This document shows, one piece after another, positions 49,921-64,000 of a stretch of 64,000 nucleotides of DNA. Each line of letters begins with the position of its first letter. Position 1 is the first letter of the stretch. Made by a program: the position numbers and the translations under genes. The DNA is from Nageia nagi (lineage: Eukaryota > Plantae > Pinophyta): contig JBITNC010000001.1 of the NCBI GenBank assembly GCA_050084985.1, positions 2,232,001 through 2,296,000 on the forward strand, in the 5' to 3' direction. The notes under the pieces were generated by a model. That model saw only the letters and a program-made list of their open reading frames with translations. It was not told the DNA's origin and did no database searches.

Positions 49921-49972
49921 GGGGAATTCAAGCCTGTTTTATCATTTTGCACAGGATTTTGCTTGGTTCAAG

Positions 49973-52900
49973 ATGAGTTCCAGGGCAAAATTCGTTACAT
50001 CAAAGATCAAGAAACCCCAAAAGCAATTGTTTGAGAGGCATGTCATTGAAGATCAAATAGGGAGACTCTTAATGGACAGCCAGCTGGAATTTCTAGAAAG
50101 AGAGAAACTAGAGTTTCATGAGGCTAAAGGTAGATTCACATTCATTGGAGACACAAATTGGGGTAATATCCATCATGTTCAAACCATCATTTCATCATCA
50201 AAGATTTTCCAGGAGGATTTACAAGATGAAGTCATCCATTCCTATGGTTTATTCAATGTTGTTATGATGCCATTTGTTGTTCCTTTTCCTTATTTATGTT
50301 ATGAAGTGGCCAAATACTGCAAATTGGATAAGAGATATCTCTTAGACACGTAAGGAAATGTGATTATGGACTTCAATCCATAAGAGATTGAAGATTCTTT
50401 TGGATGGAAAAATGAAGGAAATGAATATATTAGAAGCGAATTTTGTGGAGTTCCATGATAGCACTACCAAGCCTGGAGACTACATCAAAAATTGGTTGTA
50501 CACTGATTTCCAGGGAATCCATGGCTAGAGGCTCATTATTGCCAGGAGGGAAGAGTTCATTCCCACAATGTCCTAATTGATTACCTTGTTGTCTAGAGTC
50601 ACTGGACAAGAAAATGATGTCAAGTACAGGAAGGAATTCACTGGCTTCATAGCCATGATCAGTCAAGGGAGAACCATAAGATGGAATCGGGTGATCAATG
50701 ATGCCTTGCGCTCACAATTGACCTATTTAGGCTCTTCCAAGAGGTATGTTTGTTGTTACTTGCATGTTGCCATTTTTGGGTATGTTTGTCAAACTTGGGT
50801 GTAGGCAAAGAGTATGAGAAAAGAGTTGCTACAACATACTTTCTATAGCATTGCCTTCGCCAACCCTATGACTTACAAACGTAGATCTCTAGAAAATGTA
50901 GAAAGATATATGAATATAAGGGATAAGAAGAAGATTGATTATATTTATGCAGCCTTAAACAAAAACAAGACTCCTCCCAAATCTTGCAAGAAGAATGCAT
51001 ATCAGCCCACTACTCGAGGAGCATTAGTAGAAAAGAGGGTTAAAGATGCCACGAAAAGGGTTAAAAGGCCTAAGGAGGTCCCACTCAAGATCAGAAAATC
51101 TCAACCTAATGATAGTACCACTCCTTTGGTTGAAAAGCATTCCTTGCTTTCTCTTGAGAAAAGGCAAGGTACTATTGGGCAACATGCTACTATGGGCAGC
51201 TCTAAACTAAAGGTAAAGGCCAATGTGGTGAGAATTAGCAAAGAAGTTGTTGATCTTAAAGAAGCAGGCTATGATAATGTTCCCTTGTGCATTTTGGAAC
51301 AAGCTATGATACACCCCAAAGGAAGTTGTGTTGGGGACTCCTATAAAAGAACCAAGTGGCACTCCATATAAGCCCCTAAGCCTCAAGATTTGTAGAGAGA
51401 ATGTTCCTCCTTTGTAACCTGGCTCCAACTCTTCTAGTTCTTCCTCTTCCTCCTTCTCTAAAGAGGATTATGAAGAATCAAACTTGCATGGAAGAGAAGG
51501 AGGTGATGATGAATCAAATGCACAAAGTAGTGAGAAGGATGATGAAGGCTACCCCTCATAGGAAGAGAATGTAGAGATGGAAGATACATAAGCCTCTTTA
51601 CTAGATGACACGGAGAATGAATCTCCCACTAGATGACAATGAGATTATAGATGTAGACCAAATGGATGAACCCTGGTGATGTCCAAATCATTGGAGTAAG
51701 TTGTGCCAAGGATGTAGGTACGTCTAGAACTCCTCCTAACAATAGGATAAAATCACATCCATATTCACAAAAGGCACCAACTAAGAGGACCTGCAATGAA
51801 AGATCACCCTAGCCTCATAGGAAGGTTCCTTCATTAGGAGGGAATGGTGGAGATGAAGAGTACGAAGGAGAAACTGAGGAGCAAAAGAAGAAAAGGAAAC
51901 ATGACAAGCATCAAGGTAAGGAAGTAGTTGTTATTCAGAGTACTCCAACAAAGAGGGTGAGCAAGAGCAGGATGTTGGTGCAAAGGTTTCCTTATAAACC
52001 TACCAATGAAGACCTAGAAGTTGACCTGGATTCCTAACTTAGAGCTTTGAATATGAGCACAACTCATGATGATGATATTGACGCAGACCTGAGATTTGAG
52101 GATGAAGAAGAGGAACTCTTTGATGGTGAGAAAGTTTGTAAAATTGACACTTATATCTCTACCAACAGAATGGAGATCATTGTGAGCCGTTGTTATACAA
52201 AGGAAAAACATCCCAAAGGCCTTGAAGATTGCTTGATTGAGACTTTCAAGGTACCAATCAAGATGGGATTGTCAGCAAGGAAGCACATTATCGCCCAATA
52301 CGCAGCAGTAATGGAGCAAGAGGGCTATGAGGCCAAGCAGGAGGTCAGACGACTAAAAAAGGAGCTTATTGCAAGTAGGAGAATGCTCAAGGAATTTGAG
52401 GCAGTAAATATGACTCTTGGAGAACTTAAAAGACAAGCTTCATTTAATGTTGGGTGGTTAGTGATGAGAGATGTGTTGTATAAGGAGATGATGGAAGGCT
52501 GTTGAGAAGTTAACTTCTCAAATATTCAATCTCATTGAGGAAGGAGTTGAGATGAGAGAGATGAAGAAGCAGATATCTGAGCTACTAGAGAGATTGGACT
52601 CGCATCTTCCTACTATCACAAATCTCCAAAACCTCTTTGCTTGCATTCCTGAGAAGTTGGGCTACTATCACGAGTTCATGTATCATTATGACTGGCTGAA
52701 GCATGCTTCTGATGAATGCCAAGTTGTGCTTAAGGCAAGAGTACCCCTGAAGAAGGATGTGGAGGAGCAAATGATGAAATACACTTATCAGCTTCAGTTC
52801 CAAGGAGAAGATGGCAATGTACGGAAAAAGGAATCTATTTTGGTGGAAGCACATAATCTTATTAAGGAGCATCTAGAGGTTGAGCATCTAGAGGTTGAGG

Positions 52901-53145
52901 ATCTCAATCTTCTTAAAGCAGGGAAACCCATTCACCATGAGAGACAGATGGTCATTTGGAAGTTTCAGATGCAAACTACTTCCCAACAAATTGAAGAATT
53001 TTACAGAGAAAATGGTAGCATTGTTGGCCTGCTTTCGAGGGGAGTTAGGAAAGCATTGGCTTTCATGGACGAGACCATAGTGTCATACGGCATCACCAAG
53101 GAATGGAGTTCTGTGGAGCCTGAGAAAAATCAAGAGCAGATTTGA
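49973..53145 (+). pseudogene. Large ORF copy D, with an internal deletion near 50745
   Basis: MSSRAKF...GDTNWG...MMPFVVPFP...IRWNRVINDAL...EQEGYEAKQEVRRLKKEL...YYHEFMYHYDWL...NQEQI*. Confidence 0.9.
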
Positions 53146-55150
53146 TTTGCTTGTAGATTTGATTCACTTGCGGATCTGATTTGCATGCCTTTTTTTAATT
53201 TGAATGCATTCATGGTTCCAAGTATATTACTTTATTGATTTGACTGGTGCATGGATGAGTTTTTGCTCCCGCCGGCTCAAATGTCAGACTTTGCGGCTAT
53301 ATCTGATTTCATTTGCGTAGATTAGACATGCATATTTAATTTTGCGGCTTTGACATTTATTTTTGTTAGTTGCTAAATGCTATGGTAGCCAGATTAGCAT
53401 AGTTTTTTGTGTTGATGTGATGTTTGTTTTATATCAGATTTTATGGCTTTAGGGCAATGCTGCATTTAATGCAGCCACTTTTGGATAGTACATGTATTCC
53501 ACTTCGATCATTTAGAAGGGGATTTTTGCTATCAAAGAAAGGAATTCTATGTTTTGCTGCTGAATATCTTTGCAAAGTTGTTTTCTTTCTGGAATAGTGC
53601 TTTGAAGAATGAATGAAGCTTTTCATTTCACGGGATTATGCATCTATCCTGCAAAGTTGTTTCACCAGTAGGTTCAAGAGCTTGACATCACTATTTCTTT
53701 TACTTAAAAAATCTCACAAACAAGTATTCATATAAAGAAATTTAGTCTGGTCTTTCTTTCAGACCTTTAGCGCCCATACAAATATTTGCGACCACATAAG
53801 ACAGATATGTGATGAACACAACAAAACCTCGTACTTCTTCCATCATGATTCTCACTTTTGGCTCTGATGGCACATGTTGGAACAGCCTGAGAAATGAACC
53901 ATTTCTATTAGACCAATGAAGGAATTTATATTAAACTGCTGACTAACTTAACCTCCTATAAAACCTTGTGTAGGACTAACAATGAGTCCAAACATAAGCT
54001 TAAAACTTATCATGACTGACCAATTTGACTACTACGTGAGATGAAGGTGATCCACAAGGTTGCATCTTCCATTGCATTATTAATTTGAATATTTATTTAT
54101 TTAATGCCTCAACTCAACTCCAAACTTTAGGTTATTATCTCTAACAAAAACATGATGTTGTGGAATGCAGCTGCTGTGCACCAATAGGGAGTTTGTTTCT
54201 TCAGTATCTCATGGGGACTAAACCCAAGTTTTACTACCCAAAAAAAAAGCTGCGTTTTTTATGGTTATAGCATATTTATAAAAACAAAAACAAAAGAAAA
54301 GGTTCTATACTCTTTGGATATTCTAATAGGATGTCTGTTGATGCCTTAACAAGATGCCATCCAGATTCCAACCAAGCACATAGATGCATTAAACAGCTAT
54401 TCTCCAAGTTTGCAAATAAATGTTGTAATGAGCCATCCTCTATCTTGCATGGAAATTCAAAGAGGATGATGTTGTGACCATCGTATACTTGATTTAGGAT
54501 ATTTTTGTTGGGCAAACTTATGTTCTGAAATTTGCTTCTGTAATGAATTTAACATTCAATTTACCTTCTCTTTTCTATTCTTATGTTTACTTCAATGGGG
54601 ATCGACAAAAACCAGGTTCCTGGCTATCCCCTTGCACATTAGCCCCATCAACGGGAATAAAAAAAGGACAAATTATTAAATGCATAGCCAATTGCTTTGC
54701 CTTTTTCCCCTTGTAAAGTCTCTTCTGTTTTTGTGTACTTGAATGAGAATTGATGAAGATCAGCCTCCCTGCCATACCCCTTGCTATGTTCTCCATCGGA
54801 GAGAACAAAAAGGTTGTGATTATTATGTATTACTACTGCATATTCCTAAGAATTGATTTCTGCATAATGTCGTCGAGGAAGTTCAGGCTTACCCAGGAGG
54901 GTTTGACATCTGAGTATACGTATGGCATATTATTGATGAATGATAGTGCGTAGTGGATTCCAATTACAAGATATCAAAGCTGAAAATTGCAGTTTATTAG
55001 ACTGTCGAAAAATGGATCCATTATTTGGCCACAAAACAATGAAAGAAGTGTGTGTTTAAACTCGTCTTTTGTTTCTTTTCTATGAATAGGAGCTCATTGT
55101 TGAAGATCGAAATTTGCAACCTTTATTTAAAATCAAAGTATTCCTTACAG

Positions 55151-55339
55151 GGCAGTTCTCAATCAAATCATTCATCGAGTTTAATTCACTCAGATCCCAA
55201 TTATCAAGGGCCTCCATCATTTGCACTTCAGTTGGTACAGCGTACACTTGAGGAGAGTCTTGGGAGTGTACAGAAAGCTATTCATGAAGATGTGCGGAAT
55301 CTTCATCTAGAATTGCTTCGGCAATTTCACATGCAACAG
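55151..55339 (+). CDS. NEDD1: NEDD1 penultimate coding exon
   Basis: ttacag|GGC...CAG|gtgctt, 189 nt. FALQLVQRTLEESLGSVQKAIHEDVRNLHLELLRQFHMQQ is the conserved NEDD1 C-terminal helix. Confidence 0.93.
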
Positions 55340-55422
55340 GTGCTTACAGTTGTTTTTTTGTGTCTTTTAAAACAATTATCTTAATGCTAGTAACATGATA
55401 AAGTTGTTTTCCTGGTTCACAG

Positions 55423-55530
55423 ACAGAAATGTCCACCTTTATGCAGTCGATGCTGTCAAGACAGGAAGAATTTATGAAGGAAGTACAGGCTCTCCGAGAG
55501 AGGAATCACCAATTGCGTCAACTACTTTGA
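55423..55530 (+). CDS. NEDD1: NEDD1 last coding exon
   Basis: cacag|ACA GAA ATG; TEMSTFMQSMLSRQEEFMKEVQALRERNHQLRQLL*, after an 83-nt intron. Confidence 0.92.
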   Translation, partial: TEMSTFMQSMLSRQEEFMKEVQALRERNHQLRQLL

Positions 55531-57809
55531 GCGAGAAATCCATACGCATAAATGCCTTTAAGAGAAAATGGAATTTTATTTGCACTTCTTATCTTCAGCT
55601 CTTGGTGTGGGAACAGTTAAACATCGTAACTGATAAGTCTCCATATGAGATCATTGAGTGCAGTGGTGTCAACTCAAATCCCAAATCCTCAATACATTGT
55701 ATCTTGCAATGCTACTCTTCAAGATTTGTTTGCCCATGGTGAATCTTTTTTACTTGTCTCAATGTTATTTTGCTGAGGATCTAAAAAAGAATCAAGGCAC
55801 AATGGTGGGTTTTTTTTGGAATCTTTTTTGTATTTATTTTATTGGTTGTGGGATCATTTGTTGAACTGCATGAAGAGTATCTTGCAGCATATCAAATAAT
55901 TTCAATATTGAAAAGGTCTGGGAAATGTTTTTAATTTCAAGTTCTTTTCCATGTGAGAGAGCTTGGTTCATTGTGTTGTACAGAATACAGTATTCTCCTT
56001 TGACCCTCTGATTGGATTCAGTTTGTCATAATGGCCAAGCAGCTTTTGTACTGCATAAAGGTCTTCCATCCAGTGTTACATATACCAATGAGTCTGAGAT
56101 CATGTACATTTCGATGTTTGGAGTATGATGACAATTTTTAGTGTCTTTGCAGCAGACATTTCTGTATTCAATGTTGGCTACATTTAGTGTAAACTTTCAA
56201 ATTTTCAATTCATGGGGGCACTGTATATCAATCCATGATGTTTGAAAGAAGTAGATGGGAAACCATAGTGACCCACCACATTTTTATTATCAAGATCGTG
56301 TATTCTTTGCAAAATAAAAATCATAGAAATTTTTTAGAGTATTATATATTTTTGTCGTATATGTTGTTATTTACCCGATATTTCTCAATTGCAATATGAT
56401 CTTTGATGTTTACAAAATTAAAGTGCATGCTGTTACTCTATAGTCTATACAAAACTGAAATATATGATCCATATTTAATTGTGTACATGACAGCAAATTT
56501 GCCAATTTATTTCTTTCATGAAGATCAAAAGATATATCAAATTGTATAGGTATATGAAATCAAACATATTGATTGTGGGATAATGTTTTATGTTGCACCT
56601 ATTTTTATATATATTTCCTTATAACAAGGAACCTACTTCAAGTCTACACTACAATAGGAATTCATGCTACATATAGGTTGGAGCATGGGAAGAAAAACCT
56701 GAATAAGCCAATAATATGTATTTAACAATTTTCCATGTTTTATTTATATCTTTTATTACACAGATATATTGGTTTAATCCTTACTCTTTATTGTTCCTAT
56801 TTTAATATAAAATACGTAAATAAGATTCCTATGAATAAAATTTTTATTTTATAATCTACCCAGCAGAACTATTATATGTTTTACATTTTAAATGAAGATC
56901 TACTAATTACAACATTTAAAGATTCTCTGGACTTTTATATTTTTGAGTTTTTTGTTCTTCCTAAATTATTCCACTCATGATATTAGAGGTGAATGGTGAA
57001 ATGGTATGTCAAATGCTTAGGATTTTTCAAGTTGCATGTTCATTGCTATCCTCTTTCAGCTTTTTCACATTTGGACTATAAAGTCTATGTAGTTGGCTGT
57101 ATTAAGTAGTGTATGTCAAAAGCTTAAGGTTCTTCAAGTGGTATGTTCATTGCTATTGTTTTTTTCATTTTTCATGTTTGGCCTATTAAGTCTATTTAGT
57201 TGGTTGTGTTAAGTATTTGGTTTAGAATTTGCATGAAGGTTAAGAACTCTATAGTGAAAATTACTTCAGCATAGAAAAGGAAATAAAATCAACAACATTG
57301 TAGAATTTGATGCAAAAATATTATAAAATCTGGGATTAAATAAACGATTAAACATAAAATAAATTATATGAAAATTATCTTTTTGTATTTTTTAGGTCTC
57401 TTAGAGGGGGGCAACCTTACAATGTAAGTGATCTCAATACAAAATATATATGTTAAATTATGGTTTATGTTTTTGGCATTTTATAAAAGAAATATCATAT
57501 ATGTCTAATATTCGTTTATATAATACACATTGTCTTTAACCCATTTACTTAGAACAATGAGTCACATGTTCAACTATATATTCTCTTAATGAATTTATTT
57601 TAAGTGGATACATAATATGCGATCTCTCCTTAAACAAGTTTAATCCTTAAGGTTTGAATTCTAAAAACTATCGATGGAAATCTTGAAGACTCCCATATGG
57701 CATATTTTGGTAGTAATCATTCCCATCAAACCAATAGTTCAATGATTGAGTGAGAGAGAAAATGACATTTGCGTTGAATAAAGGTAGTTGCAAGTTTGAT
57801 TAAGGCTCC

Positions 57810-60100
57810 CTTGCCAAATAATCAATAAAGGCAATATAAAGTTCATCTCCAAGCCAGGAGACCTCAAGATTATCACTAATTGGAGACCTATAATTTTGTT
57901 GAATGTGAGCTATAAAATTATTTTCAAAGCTTTAGCTTTGAAGCTCAAGCCTTTTCTCCCTCTGATCATTCGGCCTGAGCAAGCAGATTTTATTAAAGAC
58001 AGATATATCTTGAATAATGTTATTGCAGTCTGGGAAGGAATGGAATGGGCAAGAGTCTTTGATCAAGAGGCCTTGTTTATCAAAATTGACTTTGAAAATG
58101 CTTACGACAAAATTGAGTGGAATTTCATTCTCTCCATGTTTCAAGCTCTTGGATTTGGAAATTTTTTATTCAGTCTGTTAGAATACTTTTTAGAGATGCC
58201 TCTTTTGTTCTTACCATGAATTGTGTTTAGTCTGCTCCCATCACTCTTGCTCGCTCTGTCTGTCAAGGATGTCCTTTAGCCCCCTCCTTGTTTATCTTAG
58301 CTACTGAAGTTTTTGGTTATTTATTAGCAAACAAAGCTAAGCAGGGTTTCATTCAGGGAATTTCTCTTCCCAATTCCCATGTGCAGCTTATTAATGGACA
58401 TTTTGTTGATGATTCCTTTTTTACCTTCCATGAAGATGAACAATCTATTAATTCTGCTTCGGAATATTTGAATACCTTATATTGTGCTTCTAATTGTAAT
58501 ATTCAATGGTAGAAAACATTATGTTTCAAGCAATCTTTGAGACCCATGCTTAACTATCTTTGCCTTTTTCCCTAGAAGTGGATTCAGCATGTTGAGGTGT
58601 TTAAATTTCTTGATATCCCCTTTGCCTTCCAAGCTTCTCTTACTCATCTTTGGAACTTTTTCATTCAAAAGATTGAAAAGAAGTTAGGGTATGGTCTACC
58701 AAAAAGCTTTCTATTGTTGGAAGGTATCAAATTTGTACGAAAATTTTAGCTTTCACTCATGTGTACTGTTCTTCATGTTGGGTTCCTTCTAAGGCATGCT
58801 ATCAGAATATGGATAAGCTTCTTAGAGATTTTCTTTAGGCCTCTGATATGCAAAAATAAGGATTTCACAGAGTAGCATGGGATGTTTGTTGCCTTGATTG
58901 TTCAGATGGAGGAATGGGTATTTTTTATTGTTAGAACCAAGATTTTGCTCTTTGTGCCCTGAGGGTGTTGAGGCTTGAAAGATCCTCATTTGGCACTGTA
59001 TTTCTACAGGACTCCCCTTTGGCAGAATGTCTTGGAAGGGTCTTAACCTTCAAATGCTTCTTATTGCTCAAGTCCCCATCAAGATCATCGGCTCATTTGT
59101 TGTCAAAAGTATTTGGTAGGCCTAGGAAGCTTTTAAGCCTTAGCTTCAATGGATGGAAAACAAAATTCATTAGGGGACTCCCTCTCTTCCTTGAATGTTT
59201 GGTGGTCTCCTGTTCTTAAAATTGATGGTTTTCCTTTGGCTAGTGTTTAGTGGGTTGGAGCCCTTCATTTTCACAAGAAAGGAATAGACTCTTTTAAGCA
59301 TTTTTTATTTTCAAATAAAGCAGCAATTGCCTTAGGAGCAGTTTTGTAGGAATTTTAATTTGTGACAGGATGATAAAGCTACTTGTGATGTTGTTATTGA
59401 TAAAATCCCATTTTCCATTTGAAGAAAGTTGGGTAGGCATTTTCATAGGCCTTGATGGGATGATTGGTGTTGGCCTAAGAACATTCATTTGCAAAAAATC
59501 AAACCCAAGTTAAGATATCTTTGGCTATCACCTAATGTCCCCATGTTTGAGCAAATTAAACAATAGATGGGATCTTGTTTCTACTCAATCTAGATGGAGA
59601 TTAAGGTTTTCTATAATATGGGCTTGTTATATTGATCCTAAGAAAAGTTCTTTTGCTTGGAGTTTGTTACATCAAGGTTTACCTATTGGCCATAGGTTAT
59701 AACATTTGGGGTTGGCAAACCCTGTTTGTGCTTTTTGTGGGGAACCTAATAGTTTTGTCCATATTTTTTATTCATATTCTAAAGCTTCAATTGTTTGGGA
59801 TTGGATTTTACCCTTTTTTAATCCATTCTTAGCTACTCCCTACTCTTGGGTTCATGCATTATTAGGGGACCCTTTACAATTTTCTGAACATTTGGGGAAT
59901 TCTGGCACATTTTTTGGCTCAGTATTTTATATCACTTATGGAAATTCATGAATGGTATTATTTTTGCACAATAGGAAGCTTCTCCTTCATTTTCTTTGGT
60001 TGATAAATATGCAATTTTTTTACGAATGCTGGTTGTAGATAATTGTTCAAGTGGAGAAAGTGAATGTGGAGGTTCAACATCTACGGAACTTACTTGATTA
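57810..60100 (+). mobile_element. 5'-truncated, decayed L1-type LINE (RT and zf-RVT remnants)
   Basis: NWRPIILLNVSYKII, IKIDFENAYDKIEW, QGCPLAPSLF, FVDDS and CAFCGEPNSFVHIF. Confidence 0.92.
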
Positions 60101-61474
60101 TTGGGGGAATGCAGCATGCTCCATCAATCAAGTACCCCCAAATAGTGCCCCTTAGTGTCATTTTAGGTCCCATTGGCACTTCTCTTAGACCAGACACTTC
60201 TCTGGTGGGTGTAATTTTGTTAAACCTTCACAAAGCCATCATTGGTGTTGATATGTGTTTTGGAACTCTTAAGATTACCTCTAAATGAACTGAAAGCACA
60301 TATACATTTAATTGTATGATAAACATAAGTTAAGTAACTCAGATAAACATACATGAATAAGGGAATTCAACAGTGCAGTAACAACATAACAAAATTACAT
60401 TAATGTCAAGATGTAAAATGTAATTATACATACCAAAAAGAAAGGAATCATGTGGAAGATAAATATATGTGTCCTTACCTGTTTTGAGGTTAGGAATATG
60501 ACGGATGAACTTATCGAAGAAATAGTGACTTTATTATGTGAACCCCAAGACCAAATGCAAAGAAACACCAACACGGGCTCTAGTCTCAAAGAGCTCAACG
60601 CAAAGCACTAACGATCCTGAAGAATAAGATTTGCCAATAAGAATCAATAACAACAGAGATGATGACAAGTTGAATCGAGCATCTGATCGCAAAAGTGGAT
60701 AACAAATATTCGCTTGAGTGATAACAAGATTACAATCTCAATAGGAGGCATTTAGAAACACCCAAGTGTAGGGTATCGACTATCAAGATGTAATATTGAC
60801 ATTCTTTCCCCAGGTTAAAGATACTTATATTTATATTAGGCGTGATTCACCATTTGAGCCCTTGTGTGAAGGTAGTTGCCGACATGGTGTACCTAACATA
60901 AAATATAAGAACACAACCTGAGAAATATGTGATAATATGGTAGAATATGACTAAATATGATTAAGACATGTATGTAAGTTACACCTAAGTGGGACCGTGT
61001 TAAGGGGACCACATTTAAGTGTTAATAGATACCCCCTTATGTAAGTATAATTAAATTGAATCTTGAAACGAAATTATTCTTGCAAAGGATGTAAAGGTAA
61101 AGAGAAGAAAAATTTGATACTTCCCTAGTTTAGCTATCCAAATCATCAAGGATTTGATTATGTATATTGCCCCCTCTTTTCCTTGGTTGTGAGATGCAAT
61201 GGCTTGCATGTAGTAGAATCAACCAAGAGCAAAGAATGAACCTAAAAATGATAGGCAAATATTTTCAAGAACATATATGATTGTTAACTCATAAAAGATA
61301 TAGTATTGAATAGTAATAGAGAACATCATAGCATTTCATCAAATGATATAGCAATAATAGAGCAAGGATGAAATTAATATAATATGTATACATCATATTG
61401 AGAACACTAAATACAGAAATACTCAATATTTCATTCTTAGATGCATACATAGGAGAATTATGATAAAGGTATGT

Positions 61475-61860
61475 CCGCATCCTCATGGGGTACATGCCCC
61501 ATTCCTAGGTGGAACACATGCAATCAGAACCATATATGTTAACATTATCATGGGGTACATGCCCAATTCCTAGATGCAACATATGAATTAGTAAGAACAA
61601 TATGGTGATGGTTAGTTGAGACCCAACTGACAAAGGTGACTCAAAGATATGGTTGGTTTGAATGTTTTTCAACCATGTTATGTGATATGTCATTCATCAT
61701 CATGAGGTACATGCCCCATTCTTTTATATTGACATGAGATGCATTCATTGTCATGAGGTATATGCCTCATTCTTAGATGTGATTAATAGCAATGGTTAAC
61801 TAAGACCCAACCAACAAAAGTGACTTAATGATGACTAGTTTGAATATTTTTCAATCATGT
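61475..61860. repeat. Local tandem duplication with four CATG(G/A)GGTA(C/T)ATGCC-ATTC units
   Basis: Units at ~61484, 61548, 61701 and 61752. gagacccaactgacaaaggtgact region repeated at ~61618 and ~61802. Confidence 0.75.
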
Positions 61861-63126
61861 GAATGATTAAAGCAATGCAGAGATAATAAGAATACTCCTT
61901 GTGACTTACCCACTATGCGCTTGTACTGTGATTTGGCATGATTAATGTCTTTATAGCTCAACGTTTGTGCTAGCTTTAGTGTGCACTAGTGTTTTTATGA
62001 TATATGCTTTTGTTGTGATAGTTGCATCCTGTAGCATGATATATGATTCTGAAAAAGATGTTTTCATACCTGATATCACCTAATAAAGTGTTTGATTTTG
62101 TGATGAATGGTTTGGACCCAAGAACGAACATACGGGAAACACATCATTCTTTGATTGGATGTTTTTCGTGCCTATAAAAACTTGATTCTTCTAAATATGT
62201 TATTCCTAGATTGATTTTTATACCACTTGTAGTTGGAGGATTTGTGATTTTTGGGCTAAGGTTATGAATGCTCAGGAATGATAGCATGAGTGTAGGTGAT
62301 GAGGTAAGCGTGAATGCAAGGATCCGTAATGATTTTGGGTGTGGGAGTTTTTGGCACTTGACTTGAATGAGTTAAGAGGTAGGAAAATAAGTTTTGATAA
62401 CATGGTAGGTAGGATATAATTGTTAATTGGTACTTACCTCATGGAATGTGTCTGAATTTGGTATTAAATAGGCCAAATAGTGACTTATTTGTCACTTTCA
62501 TTGTTTGGGATTTGAGCTTTGGCCCTAGAGGAGTTGAGTGAGCTTGCCTAGGTGATTTGGAGCTTTATGTGTGATTAGCATTATGAGGTAAGTGGTTAGG
62601 TTTTCCAATTGTATCAATTTGGCCTAGTTTTATGAGGTTTTGCCAAAAATTAATTTGGTATTTCAGGATGAAGATTACTGAGCAAGAGAATCATAGGGCT
62701 TATTTCTTACGATAGAATAGGGTTTCAACACATGTGGTAGGTGTTTTGAACCTTTTTATTTCTTTATTTTGCTAAATTTGCATGGGAAATAAAGTAATTA
62801 GGCAAAATATTGAGTTACCCTAGGCTAGAGTTTTTAAGGGTAGGGCTTAGTTGTTATTGCATTTAGGATGACTTTTTGGATGCTAGAACATGTTTTTAGA
62901 CTATTACAGGGGTAAAGGGAGTTTTTCCCCAAGTTTTATGGTAATTATACTCAAAAAGCATAGCATGGGTGTTGGTGTAATAGCATGAATTCCATGATGG
63001 GATAATGGTCAACCATATATGGCATTGCTTAGTGTGTGCTAAGAATAGATGAATAAAATTTCTTTACATTTATTGTATTGAAAATTGCTTTCAAACTAAT
63101 ACATACCTTATCTTTGTATGCTTGCA

Positions 63127-63945
63127 GTGTCACCAATTTCTCATGGAGCTCGAGGTTATGTCTCAGAGTTGGAGAAATGCTTGATCATGAAATACAAACT
63201 CATGAAAGAGGATATAGGTTTTCTTCAACATGTTGTATGGGATGGCTTCTCCATTCCCCATACATTTAAGTAGACAAGGAACTACTCATGACCCTTATGG
63301 AGAGGTGGTATGAGAGGACCAACACATTTCATCTTCCGACTGGGGAGATTACCATAGTTCTAGATGATGTTCACAAGATTTTACGAGTGCCTATGAAGGG
63401 GAAACCCATATTATTTGAGGAGGGGATGATGGATGATCAATGTAGACAGTTAGCTAATTAGCTTACAAGATGTTAAGAATACCATGAAGGGAAGAAAAGT
63501 GCTTTCCTTCATCATGCTTTTAGGAGCAAGATGAAGAAATTTAGGCATGTGCGACTTGTGATGGTTACATGCATTGATAGCATTATCTATCCTGGTAAAA
63601 ATTAGAAAGTGTTCTCATTTGGGTTGATACAAGTGGTTTATGAGATGATGCAGGGTAATCGTTATGCATGGGAACCTTACATTCTTCCCTAGATCTACCA
63701 TGAATTGCATAACTTTGTGATGATGCAAAAGAGTGGTAAGAGGATGGCACACTCATTTATGCTACAGTGTTGGGCTTATGAGCATATTTTTGTGAGACCT
63801 AGGGAGCTTCTTGTACATGATGTACATCTCAATCATCCATCATGGTATCGATGATCCAAGCATGGGAAGATTACATGAATCTACAAGACGTGGAAGCTTA
63901 TAGGAAGGTTATGGATGGCTTGATGAAAACTGACTTACCTTGCAT
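63127..63945 (+). pseudogene. Decayed aminotransferase-like plant mobile domain (PMD, PF10536) ORF, probably TE-borne
   Basis: LLMTLMERWYERTNTFHLPTGEITIVLDDVHKILRVPMKG, YAWEPYIL..IYHEL and LQCWAYEHI, with in-frame stops. Confidence 0.88.
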
Positions 63946-64000
63946 GTCTAATTTTATTATTTTATTACTTTTAGGTAGGATAATTAATTCATGAATTTGG

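Noticed and set aside
24850-53690. One giant element TGATAAAC...GACATCA spanning the whole intronic TE block
   Set aside because: Flanks AGATC and CTATT do not form a TSD, and the ends share no LTR similarity.
54580-54980. Additional NEDD1 exon or organellar insert
   Set aside because: No recognisable homology or convincing splice pair, and the flanking exons already join in frame.
55395-55742. 115-aa ORF as a separate gene
   Set aside because: Overlaps the NEDD1 last exon in another frame and the 3' UTR.
60285-61050. Possible solo LTR after the LINE
   Set aside because: LTR-like composition, but I could not fix TG..CA termini or a TSD.

Overview
Eukaryotic plant DNA, most likely a large-genome gymnosperm (inferred from very large TE-filled introns). 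The only host gene I can support is the 3' half of NEDD1/GCP-WD on +, with exons at 23423-24118, 55151-55339 and 55423-55530. It has a 31-kb intron, and no upstream exon is recognisable in the preceding 23 kb. Most of the rest is nested transposon sequence. The dominant component is a family of large LTR-like units with termini TGTTGTGC...CCAACA. One complete 7.9-kb copy (9432-17366) is bounded by a perfect AGAGG target-site duplication. These units contain no gag/pol. Instead they carry arrays of a ~48-50-bp bipartite inverted motif, a TATA box, a cargo ORF and a second TATA-like box ~1 kb from the end. The cargo is a ~1,100-aa protein of unknown function in five decayed copies, or an unrelated 172-aa ORF in a shorter 3.1-kb variant. 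Also present: a young gag-protease-only LTR element (36328-40686), two older gag-only relics, two ordinary solo LTRs, a hAT-type MITE, a truncated L1-type LINE and a decayed plant-mobile-domain (PMD) ORF. All coordinates and alignments were read by eye; no database searches were run.
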